A DNA stretch of 64,000 nucleotides from a virus. Position 1 is the first letter of the stretch; the number at the start of each line of letters is the position of its first letter. Where the stretch lies: the IMG/VR virus record IMGVR_UViG_3300033148_007227, positions 1 through 64,000 of that record; one strand, given 5' to 3'. Shown here in pieces: positions 1 to 9,034 of the stretch. The position numbers were made by a program, and so were the translations under genes. The notes beneath the pieces are model-generated. The model ran no database searches. It saw only the letters and a program-made list of their open reading frames with translations, and was not told where the DNA came from.

Positions 1-210
1 GAGGCTGGAGCGAATATACATGCTAATGATGATTGCGCTCTCCGGTGGGCGGCTGAAAATGGGCATGTGGAAGTAGTAAAACTTTTACTCAATGCAGGTG
101 CAGATATACATGCTAAAGATGATTCTGCTCTCTGGTGGGCAATCAAAAACGATCACAAGGAAGTAGTGGAAATCTTACAGCAGGCTGGAAAGGAAAGGAG
201 AAAAAAATGA
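1..210 (+). CDS. Ankyrin-repeat protein, 5'-truncated by window edge
   Basis: Frame 1 reads EAGANIHANDDCALRWAAENGHVEVVKLLLNAGADIHAKDDSALWWAIKNDHKEVVEILQQAGKERRKK*; TGA at 208-210 overlaps the next ATG (ATGA). Confidence 0.9.
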   Translation, partial: EAGANIHANDDCALRWAAENGHVEVVKLLLNAGADIHAKDDSALWWAIKNDHKEVVEILQQAGKERRKK

Positions 211-698
211 CAAAAGAATCAATGCTGATAAATGCGGCACGTGAGGGGCGCATTGAAGAGGTAAGAAATTTGATTGATGCGGGTACGGATATCCATGTTG
301 ATGATGATTATGCTCTTCATTGTGCGGCTGTAAAAGGCCATACGAAAGTGGTGAAACTCCTGCTAGATGCTGGTGCGGATATAAATGCCGATGATGATTT
401 TGCTTTTTGCTGGGCGGCTAGAAATGGTCACGTGGATGTGGTTAAACTCCTGATCGAGGCCGAAGCAGATATACATGCTAATGGTGATTGTGCTCTTTAT
501 TGGGCGGCTGAAAATGGTCATACGGAAATAGTAAAAATCCTCCTCGATGCAGGTGCGGACATACATGCTGGTGATGATTGTGCTCTCCGCCGGGCGGCTA
601 GAAATGGTCATACCGACGTGGTTAAAATTTTACTAGATGCAGGCGCAGACATAAAGCTGATAATCAATAGCCAGGAAGGAAAGGAGAGAGAAAAATGA
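207..698 (+). CDS. Ankyrin-repeat protein (30-aa repeats)
   Basis: Start moved from 135 to ATG 207 (MTKESMLINAAREG, the N-cap shared with paralogues; AAGGAG RBS); GADIHAxxDxALxxAAxNGHxEVVKxLL repeats. Confidence 0.92.
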   Translation: MTKESMLINAAREGRIEEVRNLIDAGTDIHVDDDYALHCAAVKGHTKVVKLLLDAGADINADDDFAFCWAARNGHVDVVKLLIEAEADIHANGDCALYWAAENGHTEIVKILLDAGADIHAGDDCALRRAARNGHTDVVKILLDAGADIKLIINSQEGKEREK

Positions 699-1156
699 CA
701 AAAGAATCAATGCTGATAAATGCGGCACGTGAGGGTTTTGTTGAAACGGTAAGGAGTTTGCTCGATGCTGGCGCGAATATCCATGCTGGAGATAATTTTG
801 CTCTCCGTCATGCGGCTGGAGAAAATCATGCGGAAGTGGTAAAGCTCCTGCTCGATGCGGGGGCGGATGTCCGGTGGGCGGCTGAAAATGGGCATGTGGA
901 AGTAGTAAAACTTTTACTCAATGCAGGTGCAGATATACATGCTGACAATGATTATGCTCTTCAGTGGGCATCTGCATATGGTCATGTGGAAGTGGTAAAA
1001 ATCCTACTCGATGCTGGTGCAGATTTACATGCTGACAATGACTATGCTCTCCGCTTGGCAACTGAAAATGGGCACAAGGAAGTGGTGAAAATCCTACAAC
1101 AAGCTGAATCGGAAAGGAGAAAAAAATGTCAAAAGAATCAAAAGAATCAATGCTGA
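695..1156 (+). CDS. Ankyrin-repeat protein
   Basis: Same N-cap and repeats; one repeat has an in-frame deletion (DAGADV-RWAAENG). Confidence 0.92.
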   Translation: MTKESMLINAAREGFVETVRSLLDAGANIHAGDNFALRHAAGENHAEVVKLLLDAGADVRWAAENGHVEVVKLLLNAGADIHADNDYALQWASAYGHVEVVKILLDAGADLHADNDYALRLATENGHKEVVKILQQAESERRKKCQKNQKNQC

Positions 1157-1401
1157 TAAGTGCGGCATATGATGGGTGCATTGAAGAGGTAAGGAGTCTG
1201 CTCGATGCCGGTGCGGACGTACATGCTGAAGATGATTGCGCTCTTCAGTGGGTGGCTGAAGAAGGTCATGCAGACGTGGTGAAAATTTTGCTCGAAGCCG
1301 GAGCAAATATACATGCTTGCAATGATTACGCTCTCCATTGGGCAACCGAAAATGGTCACACGGAGGTGGTGGAAATTTTACAGCAGGCTGGAAAACAATA
1401 A
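1126..1401 (+). CDS. Short ankyrin-repeat protein
   Basis: MSKESKESMLISAA N-cap, two repeats, VVEILQQAG C-cap. Confidence 0.9.
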   Translation: MSKESKESMLISAAYDGCIEEVRSLLDAGADVHAEDDCALQWVAEEGHADVVKILLEAGANIHACNDYALHWATENGHTEVVEILQQAGKQ

Positions 1402-1434
1402 TCAATAGCTGAAATTGGAAAGGAGGACAAGATA

Positions 1435-1666
1435 ATGGAGATGGAGATCAAAAATACAGATTGTAAGATGATCTGTGTGTCTATTAGTGGTAATGTTCTA
1501 AAGAGTATGACTGTTGAGGTAGTGAGAAATATAGACGATCTGTAAGGGTTTGATTTAAATAAGGTCAACATGGAGGGTGAAATTGAAGGGATTTGATCTG
1601 TAAAGAGCAGACCTGCAAGGAGCTAAATTGAAGGAAACGGACCTGACAAACGTGGTATCAGACTAA
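1435..1666 (+). pseudogene. Decayed pentapeptide-repeat protein gene
   Basis: AGGAGG RBS and ATG 1435; reads MEMEIKNTD...DL*GFDLNKVNMEG/KLKGFDL*RADLQGAKLKETDLTNV with two in-frame TAA and one frameshift; A(D/N)Lxx periodicity. Confidence 0.6.
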
Positions 1667-1677
1667 AAGGAGAAGAA

Positions 1678-2661
1678 ATGAAAGCGAGTCAAATTAAGAT
1701 TGCTCTAAAGGTAGCAGTAAAAGCGAAAAAGCCTGTATTTTTATGGGGTAGTCCAGGAATCGGAAAATCAGATGTGGTGAGGCAGGTAGCACATGATAAT
1801 GGTCTTGAATTGATAGATGTGCGGGCTGTACTCCTAGACCCTGTTGATCTCAGAGGAATCCCAGCAATTAACGGAGATCATAAAGCTCATTGGTGTTCTC
1901 CAGCTTTTCTACCAACGGAAGGAAACGGGATACTCTTTCTCGATGAACTTAATGCAGCTCCTCCTCTAGTACAAGCCGCTTGTTATCAGCTTGTACTAGA
2001 TCGCAAGCTCGGAGAGTATAGTCTTCCTCCTGGATGGGCTGTTGTGTCGGCTGGGAACTTGGAGAGTGATAAGGCTATAACCCACAGGATGCCGTCTGCT
2101 TTAGCAAATCGTTTTGTTCATCTTTTGTTTGATGTGGATAGAGATGATTGGATAGAATGGGCTTTGACTGCGGATGTTGTAACAGAAGTGATTTCCTTCC
2201 TTCGATTTCGTGATAATCTTCTTCATTCTTTTGATCCTAAGAAAAATGAAAAAAGTTTTCCGACTCCGAGAGCATGGGAATACGTTTCTGATCTTATAAA
2301 AGAGGGAATACCGAAGGAGATTGAGTATGATTTGATCTCTGGAGCAGTGGGGGAAGGTGCGGCGGCTGAGTTTGTTGGATTTCTTCAAGTTTATCGAAAA
2401 CTGCCTGATCCTGATTTGGTGCTTGCAGACCCAAATAATGCTCCTGTACCTGAAGACCCTGCTACATTATATGCAATCTGTGGAGCTTTGGCAAGGAGGG
2501 CTTCTAATCAAACTGTAATTAACTTACTCAAATATGCCAATCGGCTTCCTGATGAGTTCTCAGTAGTGTTGATTAAAGACTCAAAAAATTACAACCCTGA
2601 TATAACCTTTTCAAGAGGTTTTATAGAGTGGGTATCAAAACACAAGGATGTTTTGATTTAA
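1678..2661 (+). CDS. MoxR-like AAA+ ATPase
   Basis: Walker A GSPGIGKS, Walker B ILFLDELN, sensor-1 SAGN, arginine finger ALANRF, TPRAW. Confidence 0.92.
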   Translation: MKASQIKIALKVAVKAKKPVFLWGSPGIGKSDVVRQVAHDNGLELIDVRAVLLDPVDLRGIPAINGDHKAHWCSPAFLPTEGNGILFLDELNAAPPLVQAACYQLVLDRKLGEYSLPPGWAVVSAGNLESDKAITHRMPSALANRFVHLLFDVDRDDWIEWALTADVVTEVISFLRFRDNLLHSFDPKKNEKSFPTPRAWEYVSDLIKEGIPKEIEYDLISGAVGEGAAAEFVGFLQVYRKLPDPDLVLADPNNAPVPEDPATLYAICGALARRASNQTVINLLKYANRLPDEFSVVLIKDSKNYNPDITFSRGFIEWVSKHKDVLI

Positions 2662-2828
2662 GTGAATCAGGGGAAAGGTGGTGATGTTTGGGATAGTAGA
2701 GCAAGGATTGTTTAAGTTCTTTTTTTAGGGGTTGCTAAAATAGACCCTTTGAGGTCCACCTGACTGAGGTTTTCTTCGGTTACTGATGATACAGAGAAAT
2801 GGATAAATTTCAAACAAAGGAGAAAAGA

Positions 2829-3857
2829 ATGAAATCGAAAGAACTGTCGGAAAAAGCAATGCTGGTAAACTTGCATATCAGTAATTGGTCAGGTCGTAAG
2901 TATGATAGAAGAGTCAGCGACATGGTGGCTGAAGAATATGGTGCTAAGCCAGAATCAGGTAGATATAACAAGTGTCTGGTAGCAAAAGATGCTATTGGGA
3001 AAGTGCAGAATATTGCTGTATTAGCTAGAAACTTTCATTATGAAAACACTCTGCCCTGGACTGATGAGGGGTCAAGAATATTACCAGTTAAAAACTTTGA
3101 CAATTATAGTAATAAACTCAGGAAGTATAGATCACAATACGAGGATGCAGTGCAAGAGTTTTGTGAGATTTATCCTACTCTTAAATCACAAGCAAAAGAT
3201 GACTTGGGAGAGTTATATAATCCTGACGACTATCCCTCTCCAGCAGATATTCCGGGAAAGTTTGATTTTCGGATCAACATCAGTCCTCTTCCTGTGTCTG
3301 ATGATTTTAGGGTAGCTTTGAATGAGGAAGATGTAAGTAAAATCAAAGATGAGATAGAGGAAAGATTGAAAGATGCACAAGACAAAGCTCTCAAAGACTT
3401 GTGGCACAGACTGTATGATGTTGTAGATAAGGTAGCTAATAGATTATCGGAGCCAGACAGAATAAATAAGAAAGGAGAAATCAAACCTCCGGTGTTCCGA
3501 AAATCTTTGATTGGGAACGTGGTGGAGTTGGTTGAGTTGCTTCCTAAACTCAACGTGACTGATGATCCTCGCCTGGAAGAGCTTCGTAAAGAAGTTGAGA
3601 AAAAATTGGCAGGTGTTGTTCCTGCTGATCTTAGGGAAGACTCTGAATATCGAAAACAGACTGCACAAGAGGCTAAGGAAATACTGAATAAAATGTCTGG
3701 ATATGTGGGTGACATCTCGGAAAAGAAAAAAGTTGAAGAGGAAAAAGAGGAAGAGGAGCAAAGTAACAGATTCCAGTGTGTTTGTGGTTTTAGATACTTA
3801 GAGGATTCTTGGCTTAAGTTCTGTCCAAAATGCAAAGAGCCAAGAGTAAAGAATTAA
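2829..3857 (+). CDS. DUF3150-like helical protein with C-terminal Zn ribbon
   Basis: ATG 2829 after AAGGAG; WSGRKYD...TLPW...YNPDDYP pattern typical of the gene found between phage AAA+ and vWA genes; CVCG...CPKC tail. Confidence 0.6.
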   Translation: MKSKELSEKAMLVNLHISNWSGRKYDRRVSDMVAEEYGAKPESGRYNKCLVAKDAIGKVQNIAVLARNFHYENTLPWTDEGSRILPVKNFDNYSNKLRKYRSQYEDAVQEFCEIYPTLKSQAKDDLGELYNPDDYPSPADIPGKFDFRINISPLPVSDDFRVALNEEDVSKIKDEIEERLKDAQDKALKDLWHRLYDVVDKVANRLSEPDRINKKGEIKPPVFRKSLIGNVVELVELLPKLNVTDDPRLEELRKEVEKKLAGVVPADLREDSEYRKQTAQEAKEILNKMSGYVGDISEKKKVEEEKEEEEQSNRFQCVCGFRYLEDSWLKFCPKCKEPRVKN

Positions 3858-3894
3858 ATGAGCTTATCAAAACAAAGTAAAAGAGAACAAAAAA

Positions 3895-5070
3895 ATGAAG
3901 AATGACAAAGCAGAAAAAAAGATCAGAAAGGCAAGGGTGGGTTTGATTCTTGAGCATCCTTTTTTTGGTTCTGTTGCTCTAAGACTCCTGCTTCTTGAAG
4001 ATACTCAGTGTGATACGATGTGGACTGATGGTGTGCATCTAGGCTATAATCCAATGTTCATCGAGAATCTGAGTTTAGGTGTCATCAAAGCAGGTGTAGC
4101 TCATGAGGTCATGCACATTGCTAGTTTTCATCACACAAGGAGACAAAACAGGGATCATCAACAGTGGAATGAGGCTGGTGATCTGGCAATTAATGGTATT
4201 CTTGATAATTGTAAATTTGAAATTCCTAAAGAGTGGCTTCTTGATCCTCAATATAAGGATAAAAGTACTGAGGAAATATATGCTCTAAGATATAGACCTC
4301 CTCAGCAGAAGAAGTCTGAAGGAAAGTTGGAAGTAGGAAATGGGTTAGGACAAGGATCAGAAAAAAGTCAAGAAGAGAAAATGATGACTTTTGGAGAGGT
4401 TAGGGATTATCCGGAAAAAGATGGAAGTGCTTCTTCTGAAGCTGAGTTGAGGAATCATGAAGCTAATGTTAAGGTGATTCTATCTCAAGCTATTCAGGCT
4501 GGTAAAAGTGCAGGATCATTATCTGCTGATTTGGAAAGATATGTTAAGGAATTACTTGATCCTAAACTTTCCTGGCAAGAGATATTGCGGAGATTTGTAG
4601 AGCAATCTGCAAAAAACGATTATTCCTGGTTCCCACCTAATAGGCGATATATTCACCAAGGACTATATCTTCCTTCCTGTCATTCAGACGAACTTGGAGA
4701 GATAGTGTTGGTTGTAGATACATCTGGTTCAATTGCTCAAAAGGAACTAGATGCTTTTGCGGCTGAGATAGGTGGGATTCTTGAAGAATTTCCTACTACG
4801 ACTCTCACAGTTATTTATTGTGATAGTCAAATAAGAAATATAGAAGAAATTACAGAACTTCCTTTAGAGCTTCATCCTAAAGGGGGAGGTGGAACCAGTT
4901 TTATACCTCCCTTCGAGTGGCTTGAGAAAGAAGGAAGAGAGCCTGTATGTTTTATATATCTTACAGACGGATGTTGTAATCTTTATCCAGAAGAACCAAA
5001 TTTTCCAGTTCTTTGGGTAGGTACTCAAGATTTTACTCCTAAATTTGGTGAATTTGTGAATTTGATTTAA
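3895..5070 (+). CDS. Putative metallopeptidase with vWA-like domain (DUF2201 family)
   Basis: HEVMH (HExxH), MIDAS VDTSGS, GGGGT, YLTDG. Confidence 0.9.
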   Translation: MKNDKAEKKIRKARVGLILEHPFFGSVALRLLLLEDTQCDTMWTDGVHLGYNPMFIENLSLGVIKAGVAHEVMHIASFHHTRRQNRDHQQWNEAGDLAINGILDNCKFEIPKEWLLDPQYKDKSTEEIYALRYRPPQQKKSEGKLEVGNGLGQGSEKSQEEKMMTFGEVRDYPEKDGSASSEAELRNHEANVKVILSQAIQAGKSAGSLSADLERYVKELLDPKLSWQEILRRFVEQSAKNDYSWFPPNRRYIHQGLYLPSCHSDELGEIVLVVDTSGSIAQKELDAFAAEIGGILEEFPTTTLTVIYCDSQIRNIEEITELPLELHPKGGGGTSFIPPFEWLEKEGREPVCFIYLTDGCCNLYPEEPNFPVLWVGTQDFTPKFGEFVNLI

Positions 5071-5103
5071 TGAACAATGAAAATCTAAATAAGGAGATAA
5101 AAT

Positions 5104-5658
5104 GTGGTAGAAGGAAGAGATTTAAAGATTGTGAAGAAAGGTTTGATGATTCAGAAAGTGCCTATAAAGTTAAAAAAGTTTAGTTTAAGAATTAAAAAAT
5201 TTGCTCTGAGTACTTGTAAATCTCGTTTATCAAGTAAATGTGCTTTACTTATAAAAAAAGAAAGATTAGGAAAAATTGATGATTTGGGTTTTCTCTTCAA
5301 GAAGTTTAATGTGAAAAATGAAGAAATAGGAAAAATGTGGGAAGTATTTGATAAGGCTTGTAATAAAGGATATTGTAATGAAAGGTTAGCTGGTTATTTT
5401 TGTAAATCATTGAGAAATTATAGAATAAATAATTATAAAAAAAGAGTTAGGGAAGTGACTAACCCATTAAAAATTGAATTATTACCAGATCAAACAATAG
5501 ATTTGGAAAGATGTATTTATATTCAAGATAGAATCAATGCTTTTAAATTTTGGTATCCTGAATATGCTTTATTGCTTGATATGTTCTTGGGAGGAAAAGA
5601 AATAAATAGAATTTCAGTTTGGAATATGGTAGAAAAGTTTGAGGAACTTATGGTATGA
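5104..5658 (+). CDS. Hypothetical protein, weak sigma70 region-2-like segment
   Basis: ORF with AAGGAG RBS; WEVFDKA...GYFCKSLRNYRINNYKK; start codon uncertain. Confidence 0.45.
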   Translation: MVEGRDLKIVKKGLMIQKVPIKLKKFSLRIKKFALSTCKSRLSSKCALLIKKERLGKIDDLGFLFKKFNVKNEEIGKMWEVFDKACNKGYCNERLAGYFCKSLRNYRINNYKKRVREVTNPLKIELLPDQTIDLERCIYIQDRINAFKFWYPEYALLLDMFLGGKEINRISVWNMVEKFEELMV

Positions 5659-5787
5659 TAGGTTGTTTTGTTAGGTGTATTTGTCAATGATTAGATTTTT
5701 TGTAAATGTTTTTGAATAATCTCGTAGTGAGAAAAAAAAGGATAAATGGTAATTCAGGAGACTAGTTGAAAAAAGGAGGAAAGGATT

Positions 5788-6120
5788 ATGAGGACAATGA
5801 CAATAATGGGTTTGACATCAGAAGCAGAGAAATGGTTACAAATAAATGCGGAAGAAGAAGTTGATTTACTTTGTCCTAATTGTAGATGTGTAATTTCTAA
5901 AAAATTAAAGTATGAGATTTATAGTACTCCTGATTGTTGGTATGGGGAAGGTCCTTCTCTTAAGAAGTATAGTTTGAAGAATGGGGGAATAGCGAGGGAA
6001 ATAATCCAGAGTAATAGTTGGTCTTCTGGTCCTTGTATCTTTTTATGTCTTGAAGTGGAGGATTCAGGTGGGACTAGAAAAATGTTTCAATGGCCTGATG
6101 AAGAATTAAATGAAGTGTGA
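5788..6120 (+). CDS. Hypothetical phage protein
   Basis: AGGAGG RBS; CPNC and WSSGPCIFLCL motifs. Confidence 0.75.
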   Translation: MRTMTIMGLTSEAEKWLQINAEEEVDLLCPNCRCVISKKLKYEIYSTPDCWYGEGPSLKKYSLKNGGIAREIIQSNSWSSGPCIFLCLEVEDSGGTRKMFQWPDEELNEV

Positions 6121-6182
6121 GAGTTTAAGAATGAAATGTGAATAAGAGTTTATTAATGAATTTAAGATTGAGGAGGATAAAA

Positions 6183-8804
6183 ATGGATAGTAATATAGAA
6201 AAGATTTTAAAAGTAAGATATTGTAGAGAAGGAGAGTCAACTTGGGAAGATGTAATTAAAAGAGTCTCTTGTGCTTTAGCTTGTAACGATTCAGAGAGAA
6301 TGATATTTGAAGAGTTGATGAGAGATAAATTATTCATTCCTAATTCTCCTACCTTATCAAATGCTGGAGTTGAAGGTGGTCAATTGTCTGCTTGTTTCGT
6401 TCTTCCAGTTGGGGATGATATAGATGAAATTTTTGATGCTTTGAAATACATGGCTAAGATTCATAAAAGTGGAGGAGGAACAGGATTTTCATTTTCAAAT
6501 TTAAGAGAAGAAGGAGCGTCTGTTAAAACTACTAGAGGGATAGCTTCTGGTCCTTTGAGTTTTATGAGAATATTCGATGCGGCAACTGAGGAGATAAAGC
6601 AAGGGGGAAGACGTAGAGGTGCTAATATGGGAGTTTTAGATGTAAGTCATCCTGATATAGAGAATTTCATACTTTCAAAATTAAGAGGTGGATTCAAAAA
6701 CTTTAACTTTTCGGTTATGGTAACTGATGATTTTATGAGGGCTGTAGAATCAGATATAGAGTGGGAACTTAGATCAATAGTGGATGAGACAATTATCAAG
6801 GTTTTAAAAGCTAGAAAAATTTGGAATTTGATGGTGGATTCAGCATGGAAATGTGGTGATCCTGGTATATTGTTTAAAGACGAAATTAACAGAAAGCATA
6901 CTTTATCTTCTGTAAGTTCTATTGAAGCTACTAATCCATGTGTAACTGGAGATACTTTAGTAGCGGTTGCAGATGGTAGAAATGCTGTTACAATCAAACA
7001 GCTTGCAAAAGAAGGAAAAGACGTTCCGGTTTTTTGTAAAGATGATAAAGGAAAAATTAAAGTAAGAATGATGAGAAATCCTAGATTGACCGGAAAGAAA
7101 AAGAGAATACTTAAAATTTATTTAGATAATGGAGACTTTATAAGATGTACTGAGAATCACAAATTTATATTAAGTGATGGTTCAATTAAGGAAGCTAAAA
7201 GTTTAGTTAAAAGTGATAGTTTAAGTATTATGACTAAAAGAATTGCTCCTTTTGAAAAAGTTATAGAAGGATCAAATAGTAAGTCTAATAATTATTGTTG
7301 GATTAATAATACTTTTGAGAAGGAATGGGTATTGGAACATAGACTTATTGCTAATCATTATTTTAAAGAAAGAACAAGGAAAAATGTGAGCTGGGAAAAT
7401 CATGTTGTTCATCATAAAGATTATAAAGGATTTAAGAAAAAAGCTTTAAAAAAACTTAAGGAATGTCAATCTAAGACCAATCTTGAATGTTATCTTGATA
7501 AAGATTCAGTTATGGTTAGAAAAATGTGTGAAGGATGTGGAAAGAAGTTTGATATTTCTTGGACAAAGAGAGAGGTTTGTTTTTGTAGTCATAAATGCTA
7601 TAAGAGTAATTATAAAGATAGTTTTGAAATTAGAAAAAAAGCAAATGGAAAGTTGAATAAAACTTGTTTTGAAAGAGGGAGAATAAAAAGGGATAAACAA
7701 GTTAAGGTTTTTCTTGATTTTAGAAAAGAATTAGGGAGAGTACCTTTTAAGAGTGAATGGGAAAAAAAGTGTGAATCTGAAGGAGTAAGTAACAGATTAA
7801 GAACAAAATATGGATTTTGGAATTATGGAGAACTGAAGGAATTTGCTTTAACTCACAATCATAGAGTAGATTCTATTGAATTTGATGGGTATGAAGATGT
7901 TTACAATGGAACAGTTGACGACTTTCATAATTTTTATATAGGTAATTTCGATGGTGATTTGGATGGTAGTTATTGTTATGTTAATGTTTTGCAATGTGGA
8001 GAGCAACCTCTTATGTTTTACGAAAGTTGTAATTTAGGATCAATGAATCTAGTCAAGTGTGTAGAAAATGGAAAGTTTGATTTTGAATTATTGAAAGAGA
8101 TAACGAAGAAATCTGTTTTGTTTTTGAATAGAGTAATAGATAATAATTGTTATCCACTCCCTCAAATAAAAGATATATCTTCTAAAACTAGAAAAATTGG
8201 GTTAGGTGTGATGGGTTTGGCTGATGCTCTGATTCTTTTGAAGATTAAGTATGGAAGTATGGAAAGTTTGGGTATAATAAATGATATTTTTAAAACTATT
8301 GCTGAAACTGGGTGGACAAGTTCAAGGAATCTGGTTGATGATGAAATCTATAGTGAACCTTTTTTATTGCATGATTCAATGGAGAAGAAGTTGTCTTTTC
8401 AGAGATTGGGGGCTATAAATTCAACTATTACGACTATAGCTCCTACAGGAACTATTTCAATTGTAGTAGGTGTTAGTTCAGGGATAGAGCCGTTATTCAA
8501 AGTTAAGTATAAGAGGAAGGATAGTTTCGGAGAGAGGGATGTAGTTCATCCTTTATTCGAGAAGATTAATTATAGTAAATATAAAAAATATGTTGTTACT
8601 GCTGAGGAATTAGATGCTGTGGATCACTTGAAAGTACAATCTACAATTCAGAAATGGATTGATAATGCTGTATCTAAAACTATTAATTTGCCTTTTGACG
8701 CTACTGTTGAAGATGTTAATGATATTTATATAAATGCTTGGAAAATGGGTTGTAAAGGGGTGACAGTTTTTCGTAGAGGTTCAAAGCAGGGTGTGTTGAG
8801 TTGA
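6183..8804 (+). CDS. nrdJ: Adenosylcobalamin-dependent (class II) ribonucleotide reductase, catalytic subunit, intein-containing
   Basis: ATG 6183 after GAGGAGG; PNSPTLSNAG, LSACFV, GGGTGF, QGGRRRGANM, TNP/CGEQPL, SCNLGS, IAPTGTIS, VSKTINLP, GCKGVTVFR. Confidence 0.93.
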   Translation: MDSNIEKILKVRYCREGESTWEDVIKRVSCALACNDSERMIFEELMRDKLFIPNSPTLSNAGVEGGQLSACFVLPVGDDIDEIFDALKYMAKIHKSGGGTGFSFSNLREEGASVKTTRGIASGPLSFMRIFDAATEEIKQGGRRRGANMGVLDVSHPDIENFILSKLRGGFKNFNFSVMVTDDFMRAVESDIEWELRSIVDETIIKVLKARKIWNLMVDSAWKCGDPGILFKDEINRKHTLSSVSSIEATNPCVTGDTLVAVADGRNAVTIKQLAKEGKDVPVFCKDDKGKIKVRMMRNPRLTGKKKRILKIYLDNGDFIRCTENHKFILSDGSIKEAKSLVKSDSLSIMTKRIAPFEKVIEGSNSKSNNYCWINNTFEKEWVLEHRLIANHYFKERTRKNVSWENHVVHHKDYKGFKKKALKKLKECQSKTNLECYLDKDSVMVRKMCEGCGKKFDISWTKREVCFCSHKCYKSNYKDSFEIRKKANGKLNKTCFERGRIKRDKQVKVFLDFRKELGRVPFKSEWEKKCESEGVSNRLRTKYGFWNYGELKEFALTHNHRVDSIEFDGYEDVYNGTVDDFHNFYIGNFDGDLDGSYCYVNVLQCGEQPLMFYESCNLGSMNLVKCVENGKFDFELLKEITKKSVLFLNRVIDNNCYPLPQIKDISSKTRKIGLGVMGLADALILLKIKYGSMESLGIINDIFKTIAETGWTSSRNLVDDEIYSEPFLLHDSMEKKLSFQRLGAINSTITTIAPTGTISIVVGVSSGIEPLFKVKYKRKDSFGERDVVHPLFEKINYSKYKKYVVTAEELDAVDHLKVQSTIQKWIDNAVSKTINLPFDATVEDVNDIYINAWKMGCKGVTVFRRGSKQGVLS
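6939..7994 (+). mobile_element. Intein (352 aa) in NrdJ with degenerate HNH-type endonuclease; C-terminal Gln
   Basis: Splits the NPCGEQ motif: TNP|CVTGDTLV...CTENHKF (block B)...VYNGTVDDFHNF (block F)...VNVLQ|CGEQPL. Confidence 0.9.
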
Positions 8805-8839
8805 TATATAAAATATATTGATAATTATTATAAAGTTAA

Positions 8840-9034
8840 GTGTGTGAGAATATAGCAAAGGAGAAAAGTATGGAAAACCTTAATTTGAAAGAAAAATGTC
8901 CGATTTGTAAGAGAATCATATCAGTAGATAAGAGAGGAGTTTTTTGTAAGCATAAAGTGAAAAATGGAAAGAAAAATTCTTATTGTATTAATAGTGGAAA
9001 AAAGTTTGTGGAAAGAATATTTAAGGAGTGTTAA
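8840..9034 (+). CDS. Small Cys/His-rich hypothetical protein
   Basis: CPIC...KH...CINSG; the start may be the internal ATG (MENLNL) after AAGGAG. Confidence 0.6.
   Translation: MCENIAKEKSMENLNLKEKCPICKRIISVDKRGVFCKHKVKNGKKNSYCINSGKKFVERIFKEC

Noticed and set aside
2765-2802. Hammerhead ribozyme core (CTGATGA...GAAA)
   Set aside because: No credible stem II, and stems I/III cannot be paired
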